IMG/VR virus record: IMGVR_UViG_3300032285_004073
Span: 64,001 to 128,000 of that record
Length of the DNA stretch: 64,000 nucleotides
DNA from: a virus
Strand: one strand, 5' to 3'
Of this stretch, positions 63,701 to 64,000 are shown one piece after another. The notes below the pieces were generated by a model. The model was not told the DNA's origin. It saw only the letters and a list, made by a program, of their open reading frames with translations, and did no database searches. How positions within the stretch are numbered: the first letter of the stretch is position 1; the number at the start of each line of letters is the position of its first letter. The translations under genes and the position numbers were made by a program.

Positions 63701-64000
63701 AAGGGCAATATATATGTTATAAATTCTGTTGAAAATCAAGTATATATGTTTAATTCAACAACTAAGAATTTTACAAATAAATTTTATATTAATCCTCAAG
63801 GATTTAATTTCTTCTACCAGAACAATATTAATAGCATAGATTATAATGTTTGGACTAAATCAGCTCAAGCTTATGGTGACTGGACTGGGTTTAGATGGAT
63901 TAATAAATATTATAAATATCAAAACTCAAGAATAATATCTTTAACTGGAAGATCTACTAATTTAGATTTTTACGGAAATCATGCGTTTGATGTTTTTAAA
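60770..64000 (+). CDS. Large baseplate-associated structural protein (gp7 position), runs off the right edge; beta-propeller plus helical repeats
   Basis: Open from ATG 60770 to the end (over 1070 aa, not in the ORF track). NHL/Vgb-like blades (SPASITLDSNLNIW, PTYVETDLNNNIW, SPQDLVVDNANNVW) and two CxRD.G.IVDA repeats. Confidence 0.8.
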   Translation, partial: MQATQDPLILNESIYFDYSPPPTFSGHYNRHPFRIHITSSHSDQHIISLDAKYSRSYNPQPNPNKWSFLRPEYRFLDLSGNKINYITTQDTPFYIGSDGNLNNVSGTFIGVSGFAEFYFIDDIYNFDLAINNQPYTTIIATLQTSGINYFFNNNEYISTSYANSLATAYQPHIFYYRNPDYIKISENGGRDFINPRWSATTQPIVFTLNWNGNYIYNDVNIPTYNEPYNFCHYFPNSQNQQIQIKANTVGVSSNFNDNLVISYSNKDGYRSQSYCKTYFNIPNSQTSLGAYITASVNFDSGLDFTGNAFSPKIWISNPNAGTVTIAEYNDPSIFNTTDPNFTSTQFKNFNVPIVINPDYTKDNFSTIGFHGINSIAVLPPPDFKAWACDGELNYLYKFSTEGSIISAIDINQIVKTQKLGFFVENQVSPASITLDSNLNIWMTLYDTASVLKLDPNGNFLFALNPLSSINYTLPPNINYNWYLYNEMQPLSGEVQNFIEPTYVETDLNNNIWVTYSNYASGFLIKYDTNGNLLKTISYPVLSSPQDLVVDNANNVWVALSNNSGDTLGTLEKRNSFGVLLSSFGNITGLNNLTLDLNQNIWFTYSYSRIATIDNNTANITTINVSDYDNTPLVIPRDNNSQIFYSSSPQTKIVSNSISNINRIIYSLSDVPATTPSGTIANSSYTTASQQILAAKAQIQQAVINYAVTNYPNAMSNNPTLTAYCYRDTGFIVDALAADIANNTNHRSIEVGNFYYKGVTKNVNVPYGQLILPSYELSATINSINYIASYINSNVVTDTSRKTDVTSRMADVVYPLQTGGALKAYSPAGSPTTDDINIANLIAANRSALQDKVSYYVIQKGYLFDSALLQICKRDVGLIVDAIYNDLVSGVNARSIEYGLAYWNGSTTRLPDSLVPNHKEKTTDTFNYLNTCIKDLLVANGYLQDTTPSPYNIYADKGLTVPDEYTSETALEGIAADYKGNIYVINSVENQVYMFNSTTKNFTNKFYINPQGFNFFYQNNINSIDYNVWTKSAQAYGDWTGFRWINKYYKYQNSRIISLTGRSTNLDFYGNHAFDVFK

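Noticed and set aside
1-64000. Alternative genetic code (TAG or TGA recoding)
   Set aside because: Core genes translate full length in code 11, and TAG (40130-40132) and TGA (40968-40970) end genes at sensible positions.

Overview
This 64-kb window is an internal segment of a large, AT-rich, T4-like myovirus genome. It uses the standard genetic code, and I saw no tRNA, rRNA, CRISPR array, intron or intein. Core genes in the window are ThyX (partial), DNA polymerase gp43, gp46/gp47, late sigma gp55, UvsW/UvsY, primase gp61, clamp loader gp44/gp62, dUTPase, portal gp20, gp13/gp15/gp4, protease gp21, scaffold gp22, major capsid gp23, small terminase gp16, baseplate gp25/gp6 and tail-fibre-like proteins. 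Their order is heavily scrambled relative to T4. Two accessory systems stand out. (1) About 17.5 kb of glycan-building genes lie in two arms (8.4-20.5 kb and 26.4-31.8 kb): 14 glycosyltransferase-like ORFs, 6 methyltransferase domains, a sulfotransferase and a nucleotide-sugar epimerase. One arm is wedged between gp47 and gp46. The enzyme mix resembles chlorovirus-type virion glycosylation rather than a typical phage cassette. (2) A dispersed candidate 7-deazaguanine DNA-modification pathway comprises a TGT/DpdA-like protein next to the polymerase, QueE, and a QueC-glycosyltransferase-glutamine amidotransferase-DUF366-like operon. Other patterns include sigma70-like and TAARTA late promoters only 5-18 nt from start codons (near-leaderless mRNAs), a family of putative capsid-targeted 'MSKF' proteins, a gp55 with an acidic N-terminal extension, and a probable ATT-initiated DenV-like glycosylase. 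All family assignments come from motifs recognised by eye, not from database searches.
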